Below, piece after piece: positions 1 through 9,425 of a DNA stretch of 64,000 nt. The notes below the pieces were generated by a model. The model saw only the letters and a list, made by a program, of their open reading frames with translations. It searched no databases and was not told the origin of the DNA. Both the position numbers and the translations under genes were made by a program. Source of the stretch: Candidatus Bathyarchaeota archaeon (GTDB lineage Archaea; Thermoproteota; Bathyarchaeia; 40CM-2-53-6); the NCBI GenBank assembly GCA_963726255.1, contig CAVSBL010000002.1, positions 640,001 through 704,000 on the forward strand, in the 5' to 3' direction. Within the stretch, counting starts at the first letter, position 1; the number at the start of each line of letters is the position of its first letter.

Positions 1-10
1 TCTTGAAGAC

Positions 11-385
11 GTGCAACTTGTTCTCTCTGAAGAAATAATCCGAGAATTTGTGCGAGTGATGTCAAGAGATGAACTGCTCGTCAGGTTTGACTATACTCTC
101 GCCAACGTTGAAGAGCTGGCGAGACTCCTCAGGAAGACGTCTCAGATGATTGAGGTAAAATCTGAGTTCAAGGCCGTGAAAGAGGATCCTGCAGACAACA
201 CGATTCTGAACGCAGCCTACGATGGAAAATGCGAATTCGTGGTCAGCGGAGACCATCACCTGCTGAACATCAAGAAATTCAAACGAATTAGGATCCTTTC
301 ACCTAGGCAGATGCTCGACTTGCTGTCCAGAAGATACGGCAGGTTCGTCTCAAGCAAAGCGATCAGTGAGTCGACTTCGGATTGA
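11..385 (+). CDS. PIN-domain putative toxin (likely 5'-truncated by window edge)
   Basis: LVLSEEIIREF...DPADNTILNAA...VVSGDHHLL motifs typical of this PIN family. Confidence 0.85.
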   Translation: MQLVLSEEIIREFVRVMSRDELLVRFDYTLANVEELARLLRKTSQMIEVKSEFKAVKEDPADNTILNAAYDGKCEFVVSGDHHLLNIKKFKRIRILSPRQMLDLLSRRYGRFVSSKAISESTSD

Positions 386-535
386 GGAGGCTGAGCCTCT
401 AGGTATGGAACCGTACGCCATGAGCTGGCCGTCGCGTCTGCAAGTGAAGCGATGGTATGGGACTCCGAGAGTGACGGTAATCGCTTAGTCAATGCAGATG
501 AGTTACCAAACGACAAGGTAACAGAACTAACAAGG

Positions 536-766
536 TCAGGCATCCTCTTCCCTCATCCTGTCTAAGAGGCGTTTCATCTGTTCAGGGCTCGAGTGTTCGG
601 ATCCACTGCCAGCTAAGTCGGCTGTATTTGGCTTAGGTTTGAGGAGTATGCCGGAACCCGAGTCGATTACTTCCAGTCGCGTGCCCTCCTTGATTTGATA
701 CTTTTTCCTCAGCCTGACAGGGATGGTTGTTTGCCCATTTCTGGTAACGAGTACTTCTTCCGTCAT
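536..766 (-). CDS. AbrB/MazE/SpoVT family DNA-binding protein (antitoxin)
   Basis: VTRNGQTTIPVRLRKKYQIKEGTRLEV signature. Confidence 0.9.
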   Translation of the reverse strand: MTEEVLVTRNGQTTIPVRLRKKYQIKEGTRLEVIDSGSGILLKPKPNTADLAGSGSEHSSPEQMKRLLDRMREEDA

Positions 767-924
767 GGTTCATCGAGGCACTTCCATCAGACATGTACTA
801 CATTAGAGCTTGTCTTACAAGTTGAAGCTTCTCAATACTCAAGGCAACGTGAAAAAAGCGACTTCGAGAAACCCCGTGAAATCGAAGACCTGTCGAGTCC
901 TTGTTTCCACGTCCATCTGGAAGC

Positions 925-966
925 GGGTGGATCCACCCGTCTAGGGGTGGTGCCAAACGGTGCCAA
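925..966 (+). repeat. 42-bp dispersed element, copy 1 (GGGTGGATCCACCC-N9-TGGTGCCAAACGGTGCCAA)
   Basis: Matches 31083-31124 (reverse strand, 40/42) and 2987-3027. Confidence 0.9.
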
Positions 967-1133
967 GAGTTCGGCGTTGCAGATCAGGAAGCTTGGCATG
1001 TTGAGTTGCTCGCCCTCGGATGGAGGGTTGTCACCCGCAGAGCCAAAACATCTACCATGCGGACGTTCAAGCATGGGGAAGCAGCGGCATTGAAGCGAGA
1101 AGCCCACAGCCCATAGGCGTGTGAGGACATCAC
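967..1133 (+). mobile_element. Degenerate IS200/IS605 tnpB 3' end and right end
   Basis: Frame-broken peptide remnants SALQIRKLG..PAEPKHLP..AALKREAH resemble the TnpB C-terminus; AAGCCCACAGCCCATAGGCGTGTGAGGACATCAC resembles an archaeal IS605 right-end hairpin ending in TCAC. Confidence 0.6.
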
Positions 1134-1151
1134 TTTCTTCTTCGCGCCCAG

Positions 1152-1922
1152 CTATCCTGCTGGGCTGGCCGTCTTATTTTCTTCTTCGCCCGGTAAGGGG
1201 AAGTGCGACGGAGCAAACACCTGCGAAGATTCGGGGGGTGTGGTGAGGGGTTGTCCGCGGCCGAGGAAGTTTCGGGCGTCCACTCTTTGGTTCAGGACGC
1301 TGGCTGGAAGCGTGATGAAGGCCGGGGCGCTTCCCGAAGCGAGCACGTGCACCGCGTACAAGTCAAGGGTCGAGAGCATGGGCGGTTGCGAGGCTCGGGT
1401 CGGCGTGGCCATCGGGTCCATTACATCTGAGCTGTCGAGAATGCTTCCTAACCCTAGGACTCGTCCCAGCTCGTGCAGAGCCAGCCAAAATGGGTACTGT
1501 CCTGCCGTTAAGTTATCTGCCACGTTGAAGGTCGCGGGGTCGAGGTATGTCTGGGTTGATTTTATCAACGTCCTTGAGCCGGGCTCAAACTTGTAGTTTG
1601 TCCACCCAACCGCAATCCCTGCATAGGCCTTCGGCATATCGAAGCTAACCTTAGCGTTAGCGGATCCATCGTTCACTTCAACGAACGTGTAAACTGGGCT
1701 GGCAGCGCCCTGCCAGAGCTGAGCCTGGTTCCACGCAACCATCGCGTTCACCACAACATCATGCGCCCACGCCGGGAACTGCGGAACAGAGATGCTGATT
1801 ACAAGCGACGAATAACGGCCGATGATCGGAATCGACGGCTGAGCCGACGCGTGCACTGGAACCGCCAGGGTCAGCAGTAGTAAACCTAGGGTAATGGCGT
1901 ACGCTGAGCTACTTCGTCGCAA
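1152..1922 (-). CDS. Secreted matrixin-like (M10/metzincin) protein with degenerate zinc motif
   Basis: Signal peptide; AMVAWN; LALHELGRVLGLGS followed by Met-turn DVMDP. Confidence 0.75.
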   Translation of the reverse strand: MRRSSSAYAITLGLLLLTLAVPVHASAQPSIPIIGRYSSLVISISVPQFPAWAHDVVVNAMVAWNQAQLWQGAASPVYTFVEVNDGSANAKVSFDMPKAYAGIAVGWTNYKFEPGSRTLIKSTQTYLDPATFNVADNLTAGQYPFWLALHELGRVLGLGSILDSSDVMDPMATPTRASQPPMLSTLDLYAVHVLASGSAPAFITLPASVLNQRVDARNFLGRGQPLTTPPESSQVFAPSHFPLPGEEENKTASPAG

Positions 1923-2042
1923 CTATTGTCTAGATGAATAAGTCTAGTATTCTAGAAATGATGACCGTAACCACACATGGAACACTATGGTGACATTTCT
2001 ACAACAACATACGCTGTAAGCTGCCCGCCCTGGCTTAGGGAA

Positions 2043-2525
2043 TCAAAAGTACCGAAGCGGCGCAGGCTGGGGAATTCCTAGCCGAACAGACATTCGTTTC
2101 CAGATGCTAAGGCGAATGGGAGTATGCACTTCCGAAAGTTTATTGGTCGTTCTATCGAGAGCGAACCATTGCTTCTCATGGCAGGTTTCGCATTCAACCT
2201 CGTTCTCGCCGGTTGCCTTGAGGTTTCGGCATCCGCAGACGCGGCAGGCGACGCGTGTAGCTATGCGCACACTGTCGCTCCGTTCGCGAGATTTTGGGTC
2301 GTCAATTGACCGCAACAGGCTTACGGTTTGAACTGGGGAGATGGCGCCTGGTTTCCGTCGGATCTGCACGTCGGGATATTGTCTGATTTCTATAAACTCC
2401 CATCGGGCCAGGAATTCAACGGTTTGCTTCAGCGTGCTTTCGTCTAGGCCTGAGGTCTGTTTCAGCGTCTCCTGGCTTTCCCATTCCAGTTCGGGTATCG
2501 CTGACCAGACAGATTCGAGGAACAT
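2043..2525 (-). CDS. Hypothetical protein: winged-HTH-like N-terminus plus C4 zinc ribbon
   Basis: ETLKQTSGLDESTLKQTVEFLARWEFIEI; CRVCGC...CETC. Confidence 0.65.
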   Translation of the reverse strand: MFLESVWSAIPELEWESQETLKQTSGLDESTLKQTVEFLARWEFIEIRQYPDVQIRRKPGAISPVQTVSLLRSIDDPKSRERSDSVRIATRVACRVCGCRNLKATGENEVECETCHEKQWFALDRTTNKLSEVHTPIRLSIWKRMSVRLGIPQPAPLRYF

Positions 2526-2722
2526 TATCCCGCAGTCTCAAATACGGGTTAACCCGTGACGGAAGGTAAGTCCACTGTCACTGAAGTTCGTCAACGTCAG
2601 TGTCATAGAACAATCTAGAACACTCGCAACAATCTTCTATATGCGAGTCAACCCCAACTTTGCGCTACCCCGGACGCAAACGCCTAATGGTGCGCCCAAT
2701 TTTCTAGTGGCCCAGATGGTTC

Positions 2723-2968
2723 TTGGCGCGCAGGAACATGCTCCTCCGTCCCGTGGCCTTGACGATGTTCGTTTTCGGCCTGCTAGTGTGGTTCTATGTC
2801 ATCCTAATTCAGGTTACGCATCCTGAATGGCTTCCCGCGCAATTCTCGCACGTGGGCTTTCCACCTTTCAATTGGCGGCTCGACGAGGTCGGTATGCTTG
2901 CATTCGCCGTTGCGATTGCCGGGTTCTTCTTGTGGCAACTCAACGAAACCAAGCCTCGCGCCGGGTAA
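2723..2968 (+). CDS. Small two-TM membrane protein
   Basis: Two hydrophobic segments in an 81-aa ORF. Confidence 0.65.
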   Translation: MARRNMLLRPVALTMFVFGLLVWFYVILIQVTHPEWLPAQFSHVGFPPFNWRLDEVGMLAFAVAIAGFFLWQLNETKPRAG

Positions 2969-2986
2969 TCACGGATTTCGCAGCGT

Positions 2987-3027
2987 GGGTGGATCCACCC
3001 ATAGACGGCTGGCGCCAAATGGTGCCA
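2987..3027 (+). repeat. Dispersed element, copy 2 (GGGTGGATCCACCC-N9-TGGCGCCAAATGGTGCCA)
   Basis: Same palindrome, same 9-nt spacing and same direct-repeat module as copy 1. Confidence 0.85.
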
Positions 3028-3295
3028 CCCATTTCTCCACCGAACAGCGATGACTAGCCCGTTATCCCGAGAAACTTGCTTTGGACGCTGAAACTTTCCC
3101 ACCCTCCCTCAAACGCCCCGTCCGCACGCTCAATCACAAACATAGCAAAGTAACATAGTTGGCTCCAAAAATAGCGCCACCCCCCTACCCCCTCCTCCAC
3201 GCGCAGGCGCACAGCAACCCCTCTCGCCTACGCGAACAAGGTAGCTCAAAACGCGGGGCGCAACGTACCCCAAGAAACTGAGGTGCGAACGTGGC

Positions 3296-3586
3296 CTACT
3301 TCTTTCTTCGGCTGGACGTTCTGCGAGGCGTTTTCGCGGCGGGCTCAGCGCTTACGGGTTCTGTTTCCAGCGGCGCCGGCGGCGGTGTCGTAAGCATCGT
3401 CCAACCAATCCACGCAGATATCACGAGCACGAGCAAGACGAACAGGAGGACGGGTATCCCAATCGCCCACCACTGCCAAGCCGTCGGCAGCCCAAGGAAC
3501 GGGGCGAAGAACGCAACCAGGTAACCAATCGCAACAATAATCGATATGAAGAAGATCACGAAGCCGTAGCCCTGATCCTTACTCAT
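3296..3586 (-). CDS. Conserved archaeal two-TM membrane protein
   Basis: MSKDQGYG...WIGWTMLTTPPP pattern; basic tail. Confidence 0.75.
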   Translation of the reverse strand: MSKDQGYGFVIFFISIIVAIGYLVAFFAPFLGLPTAWQWWAIGIPVLLFVLLVLVISAWIGWTMLTTPPPAPLETEPVSAEPAAKTPRRTSSRRKK

Positions 3587-3652
3587 CGAAACTCACAAGC
3601 TACCCGCGCAACTAGCCGTCGAACCCAATATAAGCTTTAGCAAACCCGCGGC

Positions 3653-5500
3653 TCAATTTAGTTGCTTGTACCCCGGTCTCTGACTGAGTTTAACGGGGAG
3701 CTTCAGCGGGATTGTCGGGTAACCTGTGATGGAAGTGGTTATTTCCTTTTCAAGCTCAGAAACATTCGCATTGTACTGTTTTCCGTCCAGCCGGCGGCGA
3801 ACCGCAACCATGTTCGCGTCGGCTTCCCTTTTTCCTACGACGGCAACGTACGGTATCCAGTTTAGTTCAGCTTCGCGCACACGCTTATCGAGGCTCTCAT
3901 CTCTATCGTCGACATCAGCCCTGACATGCGACGCAGTAAGCTGATCAACCATCTTCTGCGCATAGCCCAAGAACTCAGGCCTAACAGGAACAACTCGGAC
4001 CTGCGTTGGCGACAACCACAACGGCAGGCTCGGCTTGCCACCTCGCTTCTCCGTTCTCGCACACTCATCTAGCACCGTGAAGAGGTAACGTTCAATCGAG
4101 CCAATGATAGCGGTGTGGATTATGGGCGGAAATTCTTTTGCACCTTTCTCATCGACGTACGAGATGGCGAAACGTTTCGCGTTCCCCGTATCGATTTGGA
4201 AAGTCGCAATCTCCCTCGGGCGCTCAAGCTCATCGATTATGTGGTATTCTATGTTGAGAACCCAATAGTAGATACCCTCAGGCACAAAGTTCAGCAGTGC
4301 CGGTTTCCCCTCCCGCTTCACAAGCTTCATCACGTAATCCTTGTGTGACTCAAGGAAGCTCTGGGTAATGTTGTAGACCGAGACATAATCCCTGCCAAGT
4401 TTCCCAATTTCCTCGTAGATTTTATCATGCAACTTCAGCGTCACCTCTTTCGCCTCTTCCAGGTTCTTGCAGTAGATGTGGCAGTCAGGCATGTGCAATT
4501 TCCTCAGCCTAAACGAGAGGAGAAGCTCACCGCTTTGCTCCAAACGGTATGAGTCAGCCACTTCGAAGGTGCCGAACGGTAAGTGCCTGTAGCTCAACGT
4601 CCAATTCCTCACCGCCGCAAACTGCTGGTGGCAGGCAGCATACCGCATGACGAAGCTCTTGTTCTCCACCTCAAGCCTATACAGCCTAGAACCGAACAGG
4701 TCTGCATGCTCCTTCACGGCGGGGACGGCTAGGTCGAACATGTTCGTGCCCTTCACCTGAAGAATTGGTAACCCAACAGAGTTCACCGTACTCCACGAGT
4801 ATTCGCTGATCAGGTCGAAGATCATTACGCCCTCAGGGCTGTAACGCATGTGGCCTACGTCGGAGAAGTTTTCCCATTCGATGCCGAACTTCTTGCAGTA
4901 TTCCAGGTATCGCGGTTCCCCGCCGGGCAACCCTTTCTTGAGCGCCTCCTTCTCCACAAGTGTTCGGAACTCCTCCTCGCCCGCTTTGAACACGTACTCA
5001 TCAGGCTCGTAGAGCTCGCCATCCAACGCGAGAACCTTGTAGAACGTCTTCACCGGCGCAGCCTCCGCCTTAGCCTGCTCAGGCCTAATTGTCCGGGATA
5101 GTTCGGAGAGGGGGTGGCCCAGGCAGTGGAGGCTGAAACTCTTGTAATACCCAAATGGGCTACGGTGAACCTCATAGCTCATCTCGTTAAGGGTCATGCT
5201 CATTTGTTGCAGAATCGAAATCGCGGTGCCCGCGGAGGCTAGGCTGCTTGAAAGGTGGGCGTAGGGGTAGACCAAGATGCGGTTCGTTCTTACGGACTTT
5301 GCTACTTCCGCGATGGATTCCGTAGCTTTCCCGACAACTTCAGCGGGATTCTGCTCGTCCTCCTTCTCAATGGTCGAGAAGGCCACGAGCACGTTCTCAA
5401 ATTTACCAGCACGGTTGTTCTCTAGGGGCTCAGGGTTCTTGACCGCGGTCTGGCGGACTTCGTACTCGAACGATTCGCAATGAAGCAAAAGAAGCCTCAT
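3653..5500 (-). CDS. thrS: Threonine--tRNA ligase, archaeal type with N-terminal editing domain
   Basis: MRLLLLH, VYPYAHLSS, SPFGYYK, HTAIIGSIER, WLSPTQVRV; start set at the ATG overlapping the upstream stop. Confidence 0.95.
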   Translation of the reverse strand: MRLLLLHCESFEYEVRQTAVKNPEPLENNRAGKFENVLVAFSTIEKEDEQNPAEVVGKATESIAEVAKSVRTNRILVYPYAHLSSSLASAGTAISILQQMSMTLNEMSYEVHRSPFGYYKSFSLHCLGHPLSELSRTIRPEQAKAEAAPVKTFYKVLALDGELYEPDEYVFKAGEEEFRTLVEKEALKKGLPGGEPRYLEYCKKFGIEWENFSDVGHMRYSPEGVMIFDLISEYSWSTVNSVGLPILQVKGTNMFDLAVPAVKEHADLFGSRLYRLEVENKSFVMRYAACHQQFAAVRNWTLSYRHLPFGTFEVADSYRLEQSGELLLSFRLRKLHMPDCHIYCKNLEEAKEVTLKLHDKIYEEIGKLGRDYVSVYNITQSFLESHKDYVMKLVKREGKPALLNFVPEGIYYWVLNIEYHIIDELERPREIATFQIDTGNAKRFAISYVDEKGAKEFPPIIHTAIIGSIERYLFTVLDECARTEKRGGKPSLPLWLSPTQVRVVPVRPEFLGYAQKMVDQLTASHVRADVDDRDESLDKRVREAELNWIPYVAVVGKREADANMVAVRRRLDGKQYNANVSELEKEITTSITGYPTIPLKLPVKLSQRPGYKQLN

Positions 5501-5703
5501 GCTGAGAATCTCCACTTGTCCAGTTGCCGGTCCTTGCACGTAAGCTTCTTGAATTCCCGGTAGTGCGTCTTGCACAAGTAAGCTCTGCGAGCGTTGCCTA
5601 TGTTTAGGCCACTATGTGCGACTTTCTCAGTTGAAATAGACCGCGTAGCAGCGTTACTGCAGCCCACGACGCTGCATTGTTGCCCCTTGCCCACCTTGCC
5701 CAT
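5497..5703 (-). CDS. Small basic Cys/His zinc-binding protein
   Basis: CSVVGC...YLCKTHY; ATGA overlap with thrS. Confidence 0.75.
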   Translation of the reverse strand: MGKVGKGQQCSVVGCSNAATRSISTEKVAHSGLNIGNARRAYLCKTHYREFKKLTCKDRQLDKWRFSA

Positions 5704-5769
5704 CGAAATCACGCCCAGAAGGCCAAGGGTGCTTGAAAAACTTGGTTTTTCACGAAACGCCCTTAAGCT

Positions 5770-6396
5770 GTGATTCCCATTTGGCGCACGCTGATTCACT
5801 TGTTAGGCAAGTTCAGGGCGAAGTATGAAGCTGCGATGAAGCCCATCGGCAGCCGGCTCGGGAAATCCGGGTTGAAGCCCAACACAATAACCACTCTGAG
5901 CCTCCTAGTTTCAATTTTGGCTGGTGGCGCTTACGTCCTCAAATCACCCATTCTAGGGGCTCTTGGCCTTGTGGCGGCCGGCTTTATCGATATGCTCGAT
6001 GGGGCAGTCGCTCGCGCAACAGGGACGAGTAGCAAATTTGGGGCTGTATACGATCACGTACTCGATAGGTATGCAGAGTTCGCAGTTCTCCTTGGTATCG
6101 GGCTCGGAGGGTTCGTGGGCTGGCCGTGGATAGTCTTCGCACTTTTCGGAATGGTGATGGCCAGTTACACGAGGGCGAAAGCCGAGTCGGTTGGGGGCCT
6201 CTCAAGCTGTACCGTAGGCATCGCGGAGCGCCAGGAAAAGATAATTCTACTGCTAATAGGTTCAGTGCTTCAGCCATACGTTAACGTGGCGCTCACCTTC
6301 AGCACGATTGCGGTGGGTTTATTGTCGCACGTGACCGTGGTCCAGAGACTTCACTACACACTCAAACAAACTCGAGGCCAAAACGTTGCACTATGA
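5770..6396 (+). CDS. CDP-alcohol phosphatidyltransferase (archaetidylinositol phosphate synthase-like)
   Basis: DMLDGAVAR...GAVYDHVLDR; SYTRAKAE. Confidence 0.92.
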   Translation: MIPIWRTLIHLLGKFRAKYEAAMKPIGSRLGKSGLKPNTITTLSLLVSILAGGAYVLKSPILGALGLVAAGFIDMLDGAVARATGTSSKFGAVYDHVLDRYAEFAVLLGIGLGGFVGWPWIVFALFGMVMASYTRAKAESVGGLSSCTVGIAERQEKIILLLIGSVLQPYVNVALTFSTIAVGLLSHVTVVQRLHYTLKQTRGQNVAL

Positions 6397-7315
6397 TCTG
6401 GTAGGCATCGGCAATCCCGTGTATGACATCATCGTCACCCCCTGGACCAAAACAAACGGCCGAGTTCTTTCAGGATGCAGTACCAACGCTTGCCTTGCGG
6501 CGAAACGGCTTGGCATGGAGAAAGTGGGCTTAGTCGGATGCATTGGCCCAGACTTTGCGCGAAGATTTGCGGATGACATGAAGAACTTTCACTTAGACTC
6601 CAGAATGGAGGTCGGCGGGACGGAGACGGGTGGGTTCCACCTCATCTACGATGAAAACGGCAATAGGACCCTGGACGTTCTGGGCGTGGCCGGAAAAATA
6701 ACGCCAGAGAACTTTCCGAAGGAGTTCTTGGATGCGGAATACCTATTGATCGGCCCAATCCTCGGCGAAGTAAACGTTGAGCTTCTCCAGTTCATACGCT
6801 CGTCCAGTTCCGCAAGAATATTCCTGGACCCGCAGGGCTTGATCAGAGTAGTCGGAAAGGACAGGCGCATCGACCATCAATGCAACAAAGACGAATTTCA
6901 CAAAATTAGCAAGTTAGTTGACTTTGTCAAACCGAACGAGCACGAGAGTGAAACCATAACCGGAGAAAGGGACCCTGTACTCGCCCTCCGCAAACTAGGG
7001 GATATGGCGAAGGGCGTGCCCATGGTTACGCTTGCGGAAAAAGGGTCTCTACTAATGAATGCTGATAGGCTGTATCGAATCCCACCCTATCCCACACATG
7101 CTACCGACCCCACAGGCGCGGGAGATGTTTACGCCGGCTCCTTCATCACTGAATACAAGAAAAGTGGCAGTCTCCCAGAGGCCGCCCTCTTCGCCTCGGC
7201 CGCAGCATCAATAATGGTCGAACAAACTGGGCCTGATTTCAAGATGCCCCTGGATGAGGTGCTGGAAAGAAAGGAAGCGATCCGCGGTCGTCTGACCGTG
7301 GAGCGGCTGGCTTAG
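6386..7315 (+). CDS. PfkB family carbohydrate kinase
   Basis: KPNEHE, DPTGAGD. Confidence 0.92.
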   Translation: MHYDLVGIGNPVYDIIVTPWTKTNGRVLSGCSTNACLAAKRLGMEKVGLVGCIGPDFARRFADDMKNFHLDSRMEVGGTETGGFHLIYDENGNRTLDVLGVAGKITPENFPKEFLDAEYLLIGPILGEVNVELLQFIRSSSSARIFLDPQGLIRVVGKDRRIDHQCNKDEFHKISKLVDFVKPNEHESETITGERDPVLALRKLGDMAKGVPMVTLAEKGSLLMNADRLYRIPPYPTHATDPTGAGDVYAGSFITEYKKSGSLPEAALFASAAASIMVEQTGPDFKMPLDEVLERKEAIRGRLTVERLA

Positions 7316-7587
7316 TAGAAGTGCCTTTCGTCTCTCGATCTTACCTTCGTAAGCCCGAAGTGTACAGCGCAGGAGACGCAGTAGAACTTGACGACTCGCT
7401 GCCGTGCGATGTACGTCCCGTGGGAACGCAGTTCACGTGCAAGGGACGGTTCCACCAACGAAATCCATTGCGTGTCGCGCTTAGCCTTGTCCCTAGGAAC
7501 TGGCCTACCACAGTTAGTGCACTGAATCATCTCGCTCCGCCCCTTACCTCCCTTACTTCGGCCGCGAGATTTTCTCTTCTTCGTCAA
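7312..7587 (-). CDS. rps26e: 30S ribosomal protein S26e
   Basis: KKRKSRGR..CTNCGRPVPRDKA..YCVSCAVH. Confidence 0.95.
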   Translation of the reverse strand: MTKKRKSRGRSKGGKGRSEMIQCTNCGRPVPRDKAKRDTQWISLVEPSLARELRSHGTYIARQRVVKFYCVSCAVHFGLTKVRSRDERHFY

Positions 7588-7662
7588 ACCTTATCCTCCA
7601 CCGTAAACTCGCGTCTGCCGTGCTTAAACGTTGTTGTGGGTGCTAGGCGTGGGTTGGAGCGA

Positions 7663-9113
7663 CTAGTAAGATTTCGCGAAGTATGCAACCTTCGCAGTAG
7701 GATTTTCGCAATAGATGCAGCTTGAGAATGGCTTCTCCTCGACGAGAGGAATAGTGCGTATAGTAGCCCCTGTCTCAGTCTTTATCGCCTCTTCGCACTC
7801 GCCTCGCCCGCACCAGCATGCCCTCACGAATCCCCGCGGACATTCAACGTTTTCTTGAATTGCGCATAGTCACTTGCTTGGGTTATTGAATCGGTGAGTG
7901 CTGACTTAGCCTTAGAGAAGAGAGCCTTCTGAATCTCGTCGAGGCATCTCTGAACTTCACCAACGATGGCGTCATCTTTGACCGTGAGCTTCTGCAGGTT
8001 GTCGCGCCGGACCAATGTCACTTGTTTCTTCTCAACGTCCTTCGGCCCGATTTCCATCCTAAGCGGGACCCCCTTGAGCTCCCATTCGTTGAACTTCCAC
8101 CCAGGCGTGTACTGTTCACGGGAGTCCACATGCACCGCCAGGCCAGCCTTCCTTAACTGGTCAGCAGTTGATCGAACCTTTTCCGAAACCGTTTCAGCCC
8201 GCTCAGTCTTGTAGTATATGGGAACGATGACAACTTGAATCGGAGCAATTCGAGGCGGCACGACCAATCCCTTGTCGTCGCTGTGAAGCATGATCATCGC
8301 GCTGATCAGCCGCCACGAGACACCCCAAGAGGTTGTCCAAGCATAGTGGGTCTGCTCGTCTTGCCCTAGGTATTTGATCTCGAAGGGCTTCGAAAAGTTC
8401 TGCCCGAGGTTGTGTGACGTACCCATCTGCATTGCTCTGCCATCCGGCATGATTGCTTCAAGGGTTGTCGTGTAGAGGGCTCCAACGAACTTCTCTTTCT
8501 CGCTTTTATACCCGAGCAGAACTGGGGCCGCCATCTGCTCCTCGACCAGCTCCCGGTAGAATTCCAGTATCATCATGACCTCCTTGTCCGCATCTTCTTT
8601 AGTAGCGTGCACAGTGTGGCCTTCCTGCCAAAGGAACTCAGAGGTTCTGATGAAGGGTCGAGTAGCAGTAATCTCAGACCGCAGTACCGAGTTCCAGAGG
8701 TTAATCAACAGCGGTAGGTCTCGCCAGCTTCGAACCCATTTCGAATACGCGTCGTTGACTATGGTTTCAGATGTGGGACGAACCGCGAGCCGTTCGGAGA
8801 GCTTATTCTCTCCTGCCTCCGTTACCCAGAACACTTCCGGGGTGAAACCTTTGAAGTGCTCAGCTTCCTTCTTGAGGTAACTTTCCGGAATGAAAAGCGG
8901 GAAGTAAGCGTTCGAGTGCCCGGACTCCTTCAGCCTCCCGTCCAACCACTCCTTAATTTTCTCCCATATCGAATACCCATAGGGCCGAAGAACCATGAAA
9001 CCCTTCATCGGAGCGTAGTCAGCAAGTTCTGCCTTAGTCACTACCTGTGTGTACCATTCCGAAAGGTCCTCAGCCTTCTTCACAGTAATGCCAATTTCCT
9101 TACTCAACACCAA
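7663..9113 (-). CDS. proS: Proline--tRNA ligase (one-base frameshift near 7832-7835)
   Basis: RPTSET, EFLWQEGHT, GTSHNLG; the C-terminal GGFVRACWCG...CIYC..YFAKSY* continues in another frame to 7663. Confidence 0.93.
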
Positions 9114-9425
9114 ACCACTCCCGAGAACAATGCCGCATAGGGACTAGTGAAAGAGTTCGTTTAGGCTTCTGGAACGAAAACACCGGAACTTTCCAAGCGT
9201 ACCATTGCCTCAACAATCTAGCAAGAGTGCTGTATTACCATATTTAGTGTTTGCTCGTATTTGCGATGCGTTGTTGGGAGTACCCACATAGAATCAGTCT
9301 TGAACTCGGTTCTGAGCATTGTGAGTGTTTCCGCACGAGTCCTAAATCGTAGGTTCGCCACATTCCAAATGTTGGGCCTAAGGCCTTTATTGTCGCCGCA
9401 CTAGAATCCACTCGGCGTCCGTTTC

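Noticed and set aside
695-1116. ORFs 695-1093, 832-1107 and 901-1116 as genes
   Set aside because: They cross the repeat element and the IS remnant; no coherent domain
925-3027. Repeats as a CRISPR array or integron attC sites
   Set aside because: Copies are 2 kb and 28 kb apart; no cas or intI genes; no RYYYAAC/GTTRRRY boxes
3170-3200. C-rich tract as a G-quadruplex on the minus strand
   Set aside because: Only two long G runs; single occurrence
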